A program made the translations under genes and the position numbers. Below the pieces are notes generated by a model. The model saw nothing but the letters and a program-made list of their open reading frames with translations. It was not told the DNA's origin and did not search any database. A DNA stretch of 64,000 bases from a virus (Duplodnaviria > Caudoviricetes). Of this stretch, positions 26,763-36,782 are shown in pieces (the first letter of the stretch is position 1; each line of letters begins with the position of its first letter). The stretch is from the IMG/VR virus record IMGVR_UViG_3300025018_000091; one strand, written 5' to 3'.

Positions 26763-27395
26763 CTAAGATGACTCGTTAAGTTCCGTCATCTCTATAATAG
26801 CACTATATCGTTCAACCAGTCTTCTTATCTCATCTCTAATAAAAGTAATTTGTTTTAGATATATTTCAGGGCAAATTTTTAATAAACGATCAAATAAATC
26901 AAAATAATGTTCTTTTGTATCATCTATTTGTTTCTTTTGAAATTTTTGACTAGTACCCTTAACTATTAATGATCTGAGATTATCTAACCTATCACATGCT
27001 TTAATTGTAAGAACTTTCCAGTCTGTGCATGTCATAAGCCTATCGTTATAGCCTTCTTTTGGATTTTTACTTAAAAGTTGAACCATTCTAGCAACTTCTT
27101 TTCCAAAAGAATGTTCCAGTAATTCTGGAGTTAAATCATCAGTATCTTCAACTGCATCATGTAATAGACACGTAATAATCATATCACGGTCCATTATTCT
27201 CATATCATCCATTAAAACTAATGCTGTGCGTCTGACATGTTCAAAATAGCGTAAAGGCTTTCCATCCACCTCTTCCTTTCTAAATTGAGCGCGATGACCA
27301 AACTTAGCCAATACATAGGCTAATTTGATATCAAGCTGGTCAGACGGGGAAAAATATGGACGAATTCTATTTTGAAATGTTTCTTTGTTTTCCAT
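26763..27395 (-). CDS. RelA/SpoT-type HD hydrolase (small alarmone hydrolase/Mesh1-like)
   Basis: H..Q.R...Y..H, LLHDAVEDT, IKACDRLDNL. Confidence 0.85.
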   Translation of the reverse strand: MENKETFQNRIRPYFSPSDQLDIKLAYVLAKFGHRAQFRKEEVDGKPLRYFEHVRRTALVLMDDMRIMDRDMIITCLLHDAVEDTDDLTPELLEHSFGKEVARMVQLLSKNPKEGYNDRLMTCTDWKVLTIKACDRLDNLRSLIVKGTSQKFQKKQIDDTKEHYFDLFDRLLKICPEIYLKQITFIRDEIRRLVERYSAIIEMTELNESS

Positions 27396-27397
27396 AA

Positions 27398-27916
27398 TTA
27401 TCTTTTCTTAGGAACATATAGTCCTGATGAAATTTCCTTTAATACTTTATTCGGCGCATTAAAGTAAATTAATATCTCTTTAATGAAATCATAAAATGGA
27501 TATACTTGTCCGCGCCTAATAGTTAGTATTGAAAATGCATTAATTGGATCATACCCTTTAGATAACATATATGCATATACAATACTTGGAGACCTACTTA
27601 CCCCAGCAAAACAATGAACATACACTTTTCCTTTAGAAATATTGCTATCAATAAATGACAAAACTTCTGGAAGGATATTACAAATACAATTACTTGAACC
27701 ATCATCAATTGATATTGTTTTATGATTAATACCAATTAAATTAAGATTCGGCAATTCTATATCAGTAACATCATTAAATTCAGTCTTATCATTATCACTT
27801 AGAAAGAACTCAGAACCAACTGATAGACATGCGGAAAATCCAGAATTAACTCCATCTTTTATATCCTGGACTTCCGTAAAACTGCCTAAATATAAGTTAT
27901 CGATAATCTCTTGCAT
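27398..27916 (-). CDS. dual-specificity protein phosphatase
   Basis: IIDNLYLGS, VHCFAGVSRS. Confidence 0.9.
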   Translation of the reverse strand: MQEIIDNLYLGSFTEVQDIKDGVNSGFSACLSVGSEFFLSDNDKTEFNDVTDIELPNLNLIGINHKTISIDDGSSNCICNILPEVLSFIDSNISKGKVYVHCFAGVSRSPSIVYAYMLSKGYDPINAFSILTIRRGQVYPFYDFIKEILIYFNAPNKVLKEISSGLYVPKKR

Positions 27917-28668
27917 TAAAAGACCAACTTTTCAATATAATTTCTATCTGAAGAGAATACTGGTATTTCATTATCAACAACCCATTCAGATCGTTCTACA
28001 ACTTCTTTTTCTCCAGTAAAATGATTAGTTGAATCTTTCATGGTCTTAGTTTTTACAATACAACGACCTCTCTTTTGAGTAGTCGGGCAATTGTTCCAGT
28101 TAAATCCCTTTTGAAAGCACATTTCTTGCAAGGCTGAATTATTTTTATTATTGCATTCCTTGTGAGAATATAGGGAACGAGCCAGCATCTGAACTGAATT
28201 TCTAGTTGCATCCTGTTGTCTCCAGATAAAGTAATTGCACACCTCTTCCTTTGGCAAAACAAATGCTCGGCTATCAAATACTGCTAGCTTATAAACTCCA
28301 AAGAGTTTATGAGACACACCAGTCATCACAGCAGATGCCATTCCAGCCGAAACACTAACCATTTTTTGAAGATTATTATCAAACCACGATTGTGTTTCAA
28401 GTGTAGTGTAATTATTCAGAAGCAATGAAATCTCATCAGATTGAACATATGCTAACTGACATCCCTGAACATTGCTACACAAATAGGTAGCTACATCATT
28501 AATACAATCAATTAGATCTTGATCGAAAGGTTTTTCACAACCTTTAGTGTAGGAATGAAATGCTTTGCCGTCAACCCTAATTATGACAGGCATTCTAATC
28601 GGCAATTTAAGACGATATGCGTCCTCATAAATCTTCATTCGGTCGCCAAGAGAATCTTTAGTGCTCAT
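27916..28668 (-). CDS. thg1: tRNA-His guanylyltransferase (Thg1-like)
   Basis: IRVDGKAFH, YVQSDEISL, FDSRAF, WRQQDATRNS. Confidence 0.95.
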   Translation of the reverse strand: MSTKDSLGDRMKIYEDAYRLKLPIRMPVIIRVDGKAFHSYTKGCEKPFDQDLIDCINDVATYLCSNVQGCQLAYVQSDEISLLLNNYTTLETQSWFDNNLQKMVSVSAGMASAVMTGVSHKLFGVYKLAVFDSRAFVLPKEEVCNYFIWRQQDATRNSVQMLARSLYSHKECNNKNNSALQEMCFQKGFNWNNCPTTQKRGRCIVKTKTMKDSTNHFTGEKEVVERSEWVVDNEIPVFSSDRNYIEKLVF

Positions 28669-28674
28669 TGTAAT

Positions 28675-29211
28675 TCATCCATGTGAAATTTCTGAGTAAA
28701 CATTTGCTTCTTTACTAAACAAGAAAATCTTTAATTTATTTTTATCCATCAAGATATCTTCGAAAGATACTGGATCTGATTCTCTTTCTTCAATTTCTTC
28801 TGATTCATAATCTTCATAACCACATTCACCATAGTACCCATTATCTATCGGATAAGAATACTCGGGAGAAAAGAATGTGTTTGCTTTTTGACCATCTGAA
28901 TATGTAAATCTAATATTATAAACGATTTTTTTGGCGCCTGTCTGTTCTTTTAGAACGGACTCAAACCTTTCTTTTATTTCTTCGTCGCCATGAACCATTA
29001 TATGTGCAGCAACATAATTTATTTTAACAAGTGAATTATCTAAATAAATTTCAGTAGAAGCAAAATCTCCACCATTTAGTACAAGATTTCCATTATTATC
29101 TAATTTGATCGTATCAAAATCCTCTGTTTCCACAAAAGGATAATGCATTGTGACGCTATGAGAACTAGAACTATTAGTCTCAAAAACATTTTTTCTAATA
29201 TTAATTGTCAT
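28675..29211 (-). CDS. hypothetical protein, ETNSSSSH family copy 1
   Basis: NIRKNVFETNSSSSHS; start adjusted to ATG 29211. Confidence 0.7.
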   Translation of the reverse strand: MTINIRKNVFETNSSSSHSVTMHYPFVETEDFDTIKLDNNGNLVLNGGDFASTEIYLDNSLVKINYVAAHIMVHGDEEIKERFESVLKEQTGAKKIVYNIRFTYSDGQKANTFFSPEYSYPIDNGYYGECGYEDYESEEIEERESDPVSFEDILMDKNKLKIFLFSKEANVYSEISHG

Positions 29212-29212
29212 A

Positions 29213-29362
29213 TCAAATCCACTTAATTTCTGAATCAATGCTTGAAGAATTTAGAAATAAAAATTTCTTTAATCTATCATCATTAGAACCACTATAATTC
29301 AAAGTGATACTATGGCTGCTTGAACTGTTTGTTTCGAATACATTTCTTCTAATATTAATCAT
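29213..29362 (-). CDS. 49-aa internally deleted ETNSSSSH family copy 2
   Basis: Keeps both family termini (NIRRNVFETNSSSSHS; LKKFLF...SEI) but lacks the middle. Confidence 0.55.
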   Translation of the reverse strand: MINIRRNVFETNSSSSHSITLNYSGSNDDRLKKFLFLNSSSIDSEIKWI

Positions 29363-29375
29363 AATAATGTCTTTC

Positions 29376-29858
29376 TTAGCAGTAGATTTCCCCACCCTCA
29401 ATCTTGTTGTCCCTTCCAAAAATAAATTTGGCAAGTCTCTTTTTATTATTTAAAATATCAGTGAATGAAAGTTCATCATCATTTTCATTATACCAATAAA
29501 CACCTTCAATGTCTGGACAATAGAAAGTGTTGGCTTTTTCGCCATTAAGTTGTTTGAAAAATCTAATGTCGTAAGATATTCTCTTTGCTCCAGTATACTC
29601 TTTAAGAACAGACTCAAATCTTTCCATAAGCTTATCATCGCCATGAACACGAATGTAAGTTGCAATTAATGCTGCTTTTGATTGTGCTCCCGCAATTTCA
29701 AATTCAATTCCAGTAAAATCTTCACCAGCAATCAAAAGCATTCCGTTCTCATCAGGAAGTAATTTATCATCTAAATCACAATCTTCATTAAATGTAATTG
29801 AAATTGTATGAGAACTTGAACTATTTGTTTCGAATACGCCTCGTCTAATATTAATCAT
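29376..29858 (-). CDS. hypothetical protein, ETNSSSSH family copy 3
   Basis: NIRRGVFETNSSSSHT; shares VHGD...ERFESVLKE.TGAK and KANTF with copy 1. Confidence 0.7.
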   Translation of the reverse strand: MINIRRGVFETNSSSSHTISITFNEDCDLDDKLLPDENGMLLIAGEDFTGIEFEIAGAQSKAALIATYIRVHGDDKLMERFESVLKEYTGAKRISYDIRFFKQLNGEKANTFYCPDIEGVYWYNENDDELSFTDILNNKKRLAKFIFGRDNKIEGGEIYC

Positions 29859-30727
29859 AATCTATCTCCATATTTTTTGTAATAATCTAATAAAAATTGA
29901 CCACAACTGGAGCCAACATCACTACCAGGCGGTTCATAATATTCGTTTTCTATACCGTTATCTGTCAAAATCTTTCTAAACTCAGACACTCTATTTGATG
30001 CTTGAATTTTATAATCTTTCTCACTTAACTTTAATATTTTTACATTGAAGCCAGTACCTTTTAATAATTCTGATAACTCTTTTGCGTCTATATCTTTATC
30101 ATTAAGAAGGTCCATTAATGAATAATGGATTTCTACAGCATTATTAGTTTCTTCTTTATATGCTTTCAATAGTTCTATCGACTCTATGTGAGGCAACGCT
30201 GCAGGCATTAATTGCTTTCTTATAGCAGGATCTATTGTGTGTAGCGAATAATGGAATTTAACTAATTGTTGAAGATTGTTAGCAATAACTAAATCTTTAA
30301 ACTTTATGAAACTATGTTTAGATGGAATTAATGAAGCCACTGCGAAACGTACTAAGTTATAATCATCACAAAAGTACAAATCAGACAAAGACGCCATGGT
30401 TTTAATAACCTTTTCGGTACTTAGCAAAGGCTCTCCACATCCCATAAAAGAAATTAAAAGAATCTTATTGTCATCATGAAATGTAGTGACAGAATATTTA
30501 ATACCATCAATCATCTCATCGGGTCGCAAATTCCTTACCGGAAGGTCTAATCCAGTTAAAAAGCAAAACTTACATCCTAAATTGCATGCAGTTTGAGTTG
30601 GAACAACGACAATATCTTTCCCGTCTCCCTTGTTGATGTAAGAAAATTCTAATACATCATCTTGAGATAAGAAGACTTGTTTAACTGTTTTATCTATTCT
30701 TGAACGCAAAGTTTCAACTAATTTCAT
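29855..30727 (-). CDS. RlmN/Cfr-like radical SAM protein (one-piece)
   Basis: CNLGCKFC, FMGCGEP, YSLH, C-terminal GSSCGQF. Confidence 0.85.
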   Translation of the reverse strand: MKLVETLRSRIDKTVKQVFLSQDDVLEFSYINKGDGKDIVVVPTQTACNLGCKFCFLTGLDLPVRNLRPDEMIDGIKYSVTTFHDDNKILLISFMGCGEPLLSTEKVIKTMASLSDLYFCDDYNLVRFAVASLIPSKHSFIKFKDLVIANNLQQLVKFHYSLHTIDPAIRKQLMPAALPHIESIELLKAYKEETNNAVEIHYSLMDLLNDKDIDAKELSELLKGTGFNVKILKLSEKDYKIQASNRVSEFRKILTDNGIENEYYEPPGSDVGSSCGQFLLDYYKKYGDRL

Positions 30728-31002
30728 TCATCAACCTCATCTATCTCTTCTATTTCAATCTCACAATCTGGAATCCAACCTTCCCAAGCGTTAGACCAAA
30801 TGTTATCTTGAAACTTATTTATTCTGAAATAAGTCATGGGCTCGCCCGGAATAAATCCGTCGCCCTTTAATGTCTCATTGATTTTGTGATTCAAGGCTTC
30901 TATTCTAATTTCGTCGTTCTCAAATCTAAAAAATCGTTCTTTGGTTCGCTTCGAAGCGTTATCCATATCAATATATACAATAACATATTTTTTCTCAGAC
31001 AT
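30724..31002 (-). CDS. hypothetical protein
   Basis: Operonic overlap. Confidence 0.5.
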   Translation of the reverse strand: MSEKKYVIVYIDMDNASKRTKERFFRFENDEIRIEALNHKINETLKGDGFIPGEPMTYFRINKFQDNIWSNAWEGWIPDCEIEIEEIDEVDE

Positions 31003-31488
31003 TTACTTTAGCACCTGAAGTCTTTTAATTACACGAGGAGCGTTGCTCTTCCTCATTGGAATCAAACCAATAACCGTTTCAGAACCGGGCTCAATCTCAG
31101 TTAACCCAGCATCTATTACAGTAACTCTATTTGATTCTACAATTTGATCTTTAATCTTCTTCCACTCTTTGTCATCCGCTTTAAGAACAACCTTGCGGAA
31201 AGATCCATCCAACCAAGCTTGGAATAAATCAGCATCTTCCTGGCTGAAAGGCATTGGGTGGTGAGCTAAGTCCATATCTATAAATAGATAATCGAAATAC
31301 TTGATTAACAGCATTTGTGCAGCATGAGCACATTGAGCCGCAGTCTTACCAATACTCATATTTAATGACTCTCTAACAATCAAATACATGATGATAGGGT
31401 CTTCTTGATTTGCTCGTGCAGCTATAGCCTCTGGCGAATTATGATCTGTCATACCAGACAACTTAACCATTATACCACCTGACGTCAA
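31003..31488 (-). CDS. pth2: peptidyl-tRNA hydrolase type 2
   Basis: MSIGKTAAQCAHAA, KVVLK, DAGLTEIEPGSETVIG. Confidence 0.93.
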   Translation of the reverse strand: MTSGGIMVKLSGMTDHNSPEAIAARANQEDPIIMYLIVRESLNMSIGKTAAQCAHAAQMLLIKYFDYLFIDMDLAHHPMPFSQEDADLFQAWLDGSFRKVVLKADDKEWKKIKDQIVESNRVTVIDAGLTEIEPGSETVIGLIPMRKSNAPRVIKRLQVLK

Positions 31489-31509
31489 CCCATGGCGTAA
31501 TTTTAAAAA

Positions 31510-32787
31510 TTAGTAATCAGTTTTCCAATATGGGAAACGAAGAACTTTAAATAACTCTAGGGCATTTGTTTCGCTATCATATTGAGTTCTTGTGACATTT
31601 CCATAATCAATGACTTCTTGATTTTGAAAACTATATTTAATATCAACATTACAAGCAAAAATTATAGAGTTACCATTACCGCCATATAAAAATACACGAT
31701 CATATATAATTGCAGCTTGTGATTGGAACACTTCTCCAAGAATTTGTTGTGATAATTGTGTCCAAACTATTGGTAAACTCAAATCACATTTAAATATCTT
31801 TGTATAATATGTTTCATTTGGTGGTGTTGTTTCTGTATAATGATAATATCCATCAACTAATATATAAGATCCGACACGTTCCTTATCTATTCCAAAAAGA
31901 TATCCACTTTCGCCAATAGTTATAAACTGAGCAAATGCCATTGGATGTGGGAGCGTGTCCTCAGTTGTCCAATCACTACTCTCATTAATTAAATCGCTTA
32001 ATTCTATATAATATGTATTAGATGTAGGTAAATGACCATAAGTATTGGATATTATTCCCCCAAATAGATATATTCTTTCATTTATATAACCTAAAGATGA
32101 CCCATATAATGGTGAAGGAAGTTTTCTACTATGTGTGTTCCAGATTAATGGTTGATCAACAGTAGCATAATATACATAATCTACTGGCTCATTAATAGTA
32201 TGACCACCAAATAGATAAATATAACCATCGGATCCTGTTAATACTAACTGTGAATGGTATAGCTCTTGGGGCAAAATAGATCCATGATTGGTCCAATCTA
32301 ACGGATCTGTTAGTGGTGCAGAGTATACAGTGTCTGTTGCAACTCCATTATTTCCACCAAATAGATAAACTCTGTCATATATAATGGCAACTTGTGCTCC
32401 ATACAATGGAGTTGGAAGAGTTGCGTCAGTATCTATCCACTCTGTTGGACGACCTGTCGATGCTCTATAGATTTTATCTGATATTTTTCCTCCAAAAAGA
32501 TAAATATATCCATCTATAATAGCTAAATGAGAATCTTTAAGAGTACTTGGAAGCTGAGTATAGGTAGTGCGCCAATCAGTTGGTTTAGGAAAATTAAAAT
32601 CTACTGGTCCTGTACCTGCTGGAATTGCATATGCCACAACATCTACAAATAGATTTGTTCCTCCCCTAGATCCAGTATAATAATATCCATCATAGTCAGG
32701 ATAACCGTCTACCACCCATGTTCTATATTCAACTGGAGACGAATCAACATCTCTCCCTAACATTTTAAAGGATATGCTTGTCATCAC
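31510..32787 (-). CDS. Kelch-repeat beta-propeller protein
   Basis: Repeated (I/V)YLFGG...W...LPxPL units. Confidence 0.8.
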   Translation of the reverse strand: MMTSISFKMLGRDVDSSPVEYRTWVVDGYPDYDGYYYTGSRGGTNLFVDVVAYAIPAGTGPVDFNFPKPTDWRTTYTQLPSTLKDSHLAIIDGYIYLFGGKISDKIYRASTGRPTEWIDTDATLPTPLYGAQVAIIYDRVYLFGGNNGVATDTVYSAPLTDPLDWTNHGSILPQELYHSQLVLTGSDGYIYLFGGHTINEPVDYVYYATVDQPLIWNTHSRKLPSPLYGSSLGYINERIYLFGGIISNTYGHLPTSNTYYIELSDLINESSDWTTEDTLPHPMAFAQFITIGESGYLFGIDKERVGSYILVDGYYHYTETTPPNETYYTKIFKCDLSLPIVWTQLSQQILGEVFQSQAAIIYDRVFLYGGNGNSIIFACNVDIKYSFQNQEVIDYGNVTRTQYDSETNALELFKVLRFPYWKTDY

Positions 32788-32812
32788 ATTAATGTGACAA
32801 TATTACATATCT

Positions 32813-35371
32813 TTAATACTTGTCTTTTCTAGTTTGTGTAGCAATATCCCATAATTGATCTGTACTCATTCCAGCGTATTGTTTATTCTGCTTATAGACA
32901 AGAAATAACTCAGATTTAGAACGCGTTATGGCAACATACCAAAGATTTGCTTCCTCTCCCTCAACTCCAGGACCATAACGATATGTACTTACTAATACAA
33001 ATACTCTGTCTCGTTCCATTCCCTTCGCTTTATGGGTAGTTGAAAAGATAACTTTATTATTATCATCACCATCATTGAACAATTTTTCAATTGTTTCTTT
33101 CAAATCTTTGATTGTTAAAGTACCTTCACACAAATTTAATAAACATTCTGCCTTATCAACACAAATATCTGTACTCTTTTTCTCAGAAAGTAACCTTTCA
33201 ATCTCTTGTTCTCTCCAAGAATTTACATAAGCAATGAATTTATTTATTGTTTTTGCTTTAGACTTCTTAATAAAATACAAAAGATTAGCTCTAACATCTT
33301 TTCCTTGGATGTTGGCAGGGATTCCCGCTCTTAAAAATGCCATGCAGTGTTTAACTAATGGAGCGTTTGTTCTAGATAGAACAAAATCGCCAGCTTTAGC
33401 TAGTTTTTGAAGTTCATGCACTTGAATATCATGAATGATTCCTTCAGGTGCAGTCTCTGCAGCTTCAATATCTGGTACAACTTGCTGAGCCATTGTAACA
33501 ATTTTCTTTGGACACCTATATGTAATAGATAATGGAAGTGTTTTTGCCTTCAACTTATTGATAAAATTAGGTATAGCCTCGCTATCAGCACCCCTAAATT
33601 GATAGATAGAATTATGACTTAAAATGCCATTTCCAATAAAATTAGCAGAATCTTCTACTTCTAAATCATAAAATACACCCTTATTATTTTTTATATCAAT
33701 TATTGTTTCTTCTGATAATTTACCATCATTATTGCAATATACTTTCATACCGACATGTAATCCTGATGCAGTTATTAAATAAGGATTCCTCCCCAAAATA
33801 GATAACCTCTCATTTATTTCAGCTCCAGTTAATGTTCGTAACATTGTTGCAAATATTATTGCTTCATTATAGTTAGCAAAATATTTTCTGATTCTAGAAT
33901 TTTTGCCTTTAGAAAAATGTATTTTATTAGCACGTAATAATTCATCAATTTTATTATCTTTCCATTCTAATGTAACTTGAGTATTCTTTTTTGAATGTGC
34001 ATTAACTCTAATTGTATGTTTATTGGTATTAGAGTTTGATGATACAATCCAATGCGGATATTGTTTACTTAGTTTTTTATCTTCTAATAAACGAAAACCA
34101 TTTCTCCCAAAATAATCAAACACCTTATTTATTCTATCCTGATTTAATCCTCTATTAGTACCATTAAATACACAAGTGGGTATTCCATATGTTAAAGAAT
34201 ATAATTCCTCAAAAAACAAAGCCTCTTCATTTGTTTCAACAATATCAAGAACCCATAATTTTTCTGCATTTTCCGACCTAGCACGTAGACCAAAAGGATA
34301 TTTAGAATCTTTCCATGTATTAGTTTTACCAACTCTATACCCCAAATCACGCCTATACATTAAGTATACAATGTATTGATTATTGAGTTCTGGATAAGAT
34401 GCCCATATTTTATGGTTTGGCGACATTAATAACTTTTTACCAGATTGTGTAGTTATCTCACGCCCAAAACTCCATAATGATAATTGCTTATTAACAATTT
34501 TTTTGTAATCTAATTTACCATTGTTAAAACACAATATACTATCACCAACATTACAATCTTTTATTGAAACAGATTTTCCTAAAATATCTATTTTAGTATT
34601 TTCATCTACACATTGGGCAGGATCGCCTACAGCAATGATTCTTCCGCCAGGTTTACATGCAGACATAACCATTACCATTTGTGCAGTATTAAGATCCTGC
34701 GCTTCATCTACAAAGACAGTATCAAATTTTCCAACATTTAAATGATATACGAATGGAAACCATATCATATCATCAAAATCAATGACTTGTTTAGTTTCTT
34801 TACATCTACCAAGAGCCTTAATAACATGTTCAATAAACTTTTCACGAGTTAATTCGAAGATTTCAATGCCAAATTTATCAATTAAATCTCCAATTTTGGA
34901 CGGAGTATCAAATAAAAATCCTTTACATAGTGAAACACACTTGCAAATACTCATATTAAGTTCCCATAAATCATGATCATCACCAATAATTGATGATACA
35001 ATAGTAGAACATTTCTTATTTTCTAGTACAACTTCTCCAAAACTTTGCTTAATAGCTCTAAAGCCAAGCGAATGAAGAGTCATCACGTCTATGTAGGACG
35101 GTGCTCGTTGTTTTAATTCATCGGCAATAGCTTTATTGAAGGCAACCATAAGCGTTTTCTTGCCTCTTGGTAGATATTTGAAACCTTCAACAATAGTAGA
35201 AGTCTTACCAGAGCCAGCTCTAGCGATAACTACAGTGTGATCTGTTCCGTATTTGATATCTCTAAAAATATCCTTTTGTAATTCAGACCAATTACGCTTA
35301 GGATTTGCCTTAACAATGTGAGAGTTGTCTGGTTTTTTAGGTGGAAACTTATTAGTTTTCTTCGGCGGCAT
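32813..35371 (-). CDS. UvrD/Rep-like SF1 helicase containing an intein
   Basis: ARAGSGKT, AFNK, DEAQD, VGDPAQ|SIYQFRGA, TYRCP, STTHKAKGME, YVAITR. Confidence 0.92.
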   Translation of the reverse strand: MPPKKTNKFPPKKPDNSHIVKANPKRNWSELQKDIFRDIKYGTDHTVVIARAGSGKTSTIVEGFKYLPRGKKTLMVAFNKAIADELKQRAPSYIDVMTLHSLGFRAIKQSFGEVVLENKKCSTIVSSIIGDDHDLWELNMSICKCVSLCKGFLFDTPSKIGDLIDKFGIEIFELTREKFIEHVIKALGRCKETKQVIDFDDMIWFPFVYHLNVGKFDTVFVDEAQDLNTAQMVMVMSACKPGGRIIAVGDPAQCVDENTKIDILGKSVSIKDCNVGDSILCFNNGKLDYKKIVNKQLSLWSFGREITTQSGKKLLMSPNHKIWASYPELNNQYIVYLMYRRDLGYRVGKTNTWKDSKYPFGLRARSENAEKLWVLDIVETNEEALFFEELYSLTYGIPTCVFNGTNRGLNQDRINKVFDYFGRNGFRLLEDKKLSKQYPHWIVSSNSNTNKHTIRVNAHSKKNTQVTLEWKDNKIDELLRANKIHFSKGKNSRIRKYFANYNEAIIFATMLRTLTGAEINERLSILGRNPYLITASGLHVGMKVYCNNDGKLSEETIIDIKNNKGVFYDLEVEDSANFIGNGILSHNSIYQFRGADSEAIPNFINKLKAKTLPLSITYRCPKKIVTMAQQVVPDIEAAETAPEGIIHDIQVHELQKLAKAGDFVLSRTNAPLVKHCMAFLRAGIPANIQGKDVRANLLYFIKKSKAKTINKFIAYVNSWREQEIERLLSEKKSTDICVDKAECLLNLCEGTLTIKDLKETIEKLFNDGDDNNKVIFSTTHKAKGMERDRVFVLVSTYRYGPGVEGEEANLWYVAITRSKSELFLVYKQNKQYAGMSTDQLWDIATQTRKDKY
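33611..34612 (-). mobile_element. intein (334 aa) in helicase motif III
   Basis: Starts CVDENT, block B LLMSPNHKIW, ends VFYDLEVEDSANFIGNGILSHN followed by Ser+1. Confidence 0.92.
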
Positions 35372-35459
35372 CTTGTTCCTTCTTATTATGTTCTATCATA
35401 TGAGAAATATATCCATAATTAATGAGTAATTGGATTACACTATCGATCTCTATACATAA

Positions 35460-36377
35460 TTATATTCTCCTTGGAAAGAAAAGATATGATGTTCTATTAT
35501 AAAGCTGGCTATCTAACTCTATTAATCTATCAAAATCTTCAACAGAATAAAAATCTTTATCAATTCCTTTAAGACCTAACTCTGCACCAAACAATGCACC
35601 AACAATGGCGGCTGTTGTATCTGTATCTCCACCAGCTCTAATAGCGGTTCTAACTGCATCTGTATAATTATCAAACTTTAAATAACAATAAATGGCAGCG
35701 GGAACAGTTTCTCTTACATTAGCTCTAGTTCCCAAAATCTTTAAAGCTTGGTCTGGTTTAATATGTTCAGAATCAATTAATGATCCTAGGCTATAAATAG
35801 TGTTCTTTACCTTACAATCGGGTAAATGAATACAGATTTTCTCTAACAAATTATCTGTATCATGATTTACAGCATATGCGGCAGCTAATGCAATGGTAAT
35901 TGCCCCCGCTTCAGCATCTTCTGATACGTGGGTAATAGCACTATCCATCTTAGCAATACTAACTAATGACTTAATATCATTACGGAAATATACGCCAAAA
36001 GGGGCTGCTCGCATAGCGGTACCATTACCATATGAGCCTGCAATACCAGATTCACTCCAATGTTTACCAGAATCAAGATTTTGCATTGCCATTAGAGTGG
36101 TTTTACCATAACCCCTGGCTAAACCAGACTTAATCCATGCTAAATAGCGCTGGGCAAGATCATCCGGGTTAAATCCTGAGTTAATAATTAGAGACTCAGC
36201 AACTACAATACTCATCTGAGTGTCGTCTGAATACTGCCCTGGCTTCAATTTATGATGTTCACTACCTAAATAAGTTGTGCCATCCCAATCCATAAGCTCT
36301 TTATTGTTGACTAATTTTGTCTCAAATGGTACGCCAAGCGCATCCCCAATAGCAGTTCCCAATAATACATTACTCAT
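35460..36377 (-). CDS. ADP-ribosylglycohydrolase (DraG/ARH family)
   Basis: AIGDALG, YSDDTQM, GNGTAMRAAP, GGDTDTTAAIVG. Confidence 0.95.
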   Translation of the reverse strand: MSNVLLGTAIGDALGVPFETKLVNNKELMDWDGTTYLGSEHHKLKPGQYSDDTQMSIVVAESLIINSGFNPDDLAQRYLAWIKSGLARGYGKTTLMAMQNLDSGKHWSESGIAGSYGNGTAMRAAPFGVYFRNDIKSLVSIAKMDSAITHVSEDAEAGAITIALAAAYAVNHDTDNLLEKICIHLPDCKVKNTIYSLGSLIDSEHIKPDQALKILGTRANVRETVPAAIYCYLKFDNYTDAVRTAIRAGGDTDTTAAIVGALFGAELGLKGIDKDFYSVEDFDRLIELDSQLYNRTSYLFFPRRI

Positions 36378-36381
36378 ATAA

Positions 36382-36777
36382 TTACCTTACGCGCTTCTTT
36401 CCGCTTTCTATGGTTTTTAAATACTCTTGATTCGTGTTAGGATCAATTTTCACAACATAATTGCTCTCTTTAAAAGAAATTTCAACTATTAAGTGTATTG
36501 GAATCGCTATTGTAGTGGCTTTTTCTTCATATGTCACAAACCCAGTACTATGATATAAATCAAGTAATGAACTAATATTTGGTTTTGAAATACGTGGGCT
36601 TATACTATTATCAGAAAACCTCTGAAAATAATAGCTTCCACACTTAACAATTTTTACTGTATTTAATGAATTCGAAGATGGTGATGTTACATATGTAATA
36701 GTTATATCTAATCTACCCACATCAATATCAAAACGCTCATCTATTAGTGTTTCTGCTGGTTCTCTATATGGACTCAT
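36382..36777 (-). CDS. hypothetical protein (SPYR N-terminus)
   Basis: ORF in operon. Confidence 0.55.
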   Translation of the reverse strand: MSPYREPAETLIDERFDIDVGRLDITITYVTSPSSNSLNTVKIVKCGSYYFQRFSDNSISPRISKPNISSLLDLYHSTGFVTYEEKATTIAIPIHLIVEISFKESNYVVKIDPNTNQEYLKTIESGKKRVR

Positions 36778-36782
36778 AATAC

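Noticed and set aside
31510-32787. Kelch repeats as evidence of a eukaryotic virus origin
   Set aside because: Shine-Dalgarno sites, sigma70-like promoters, rIIA/B, EF-Ts, GroES and NAD ligase all indicate a bacteriophage.
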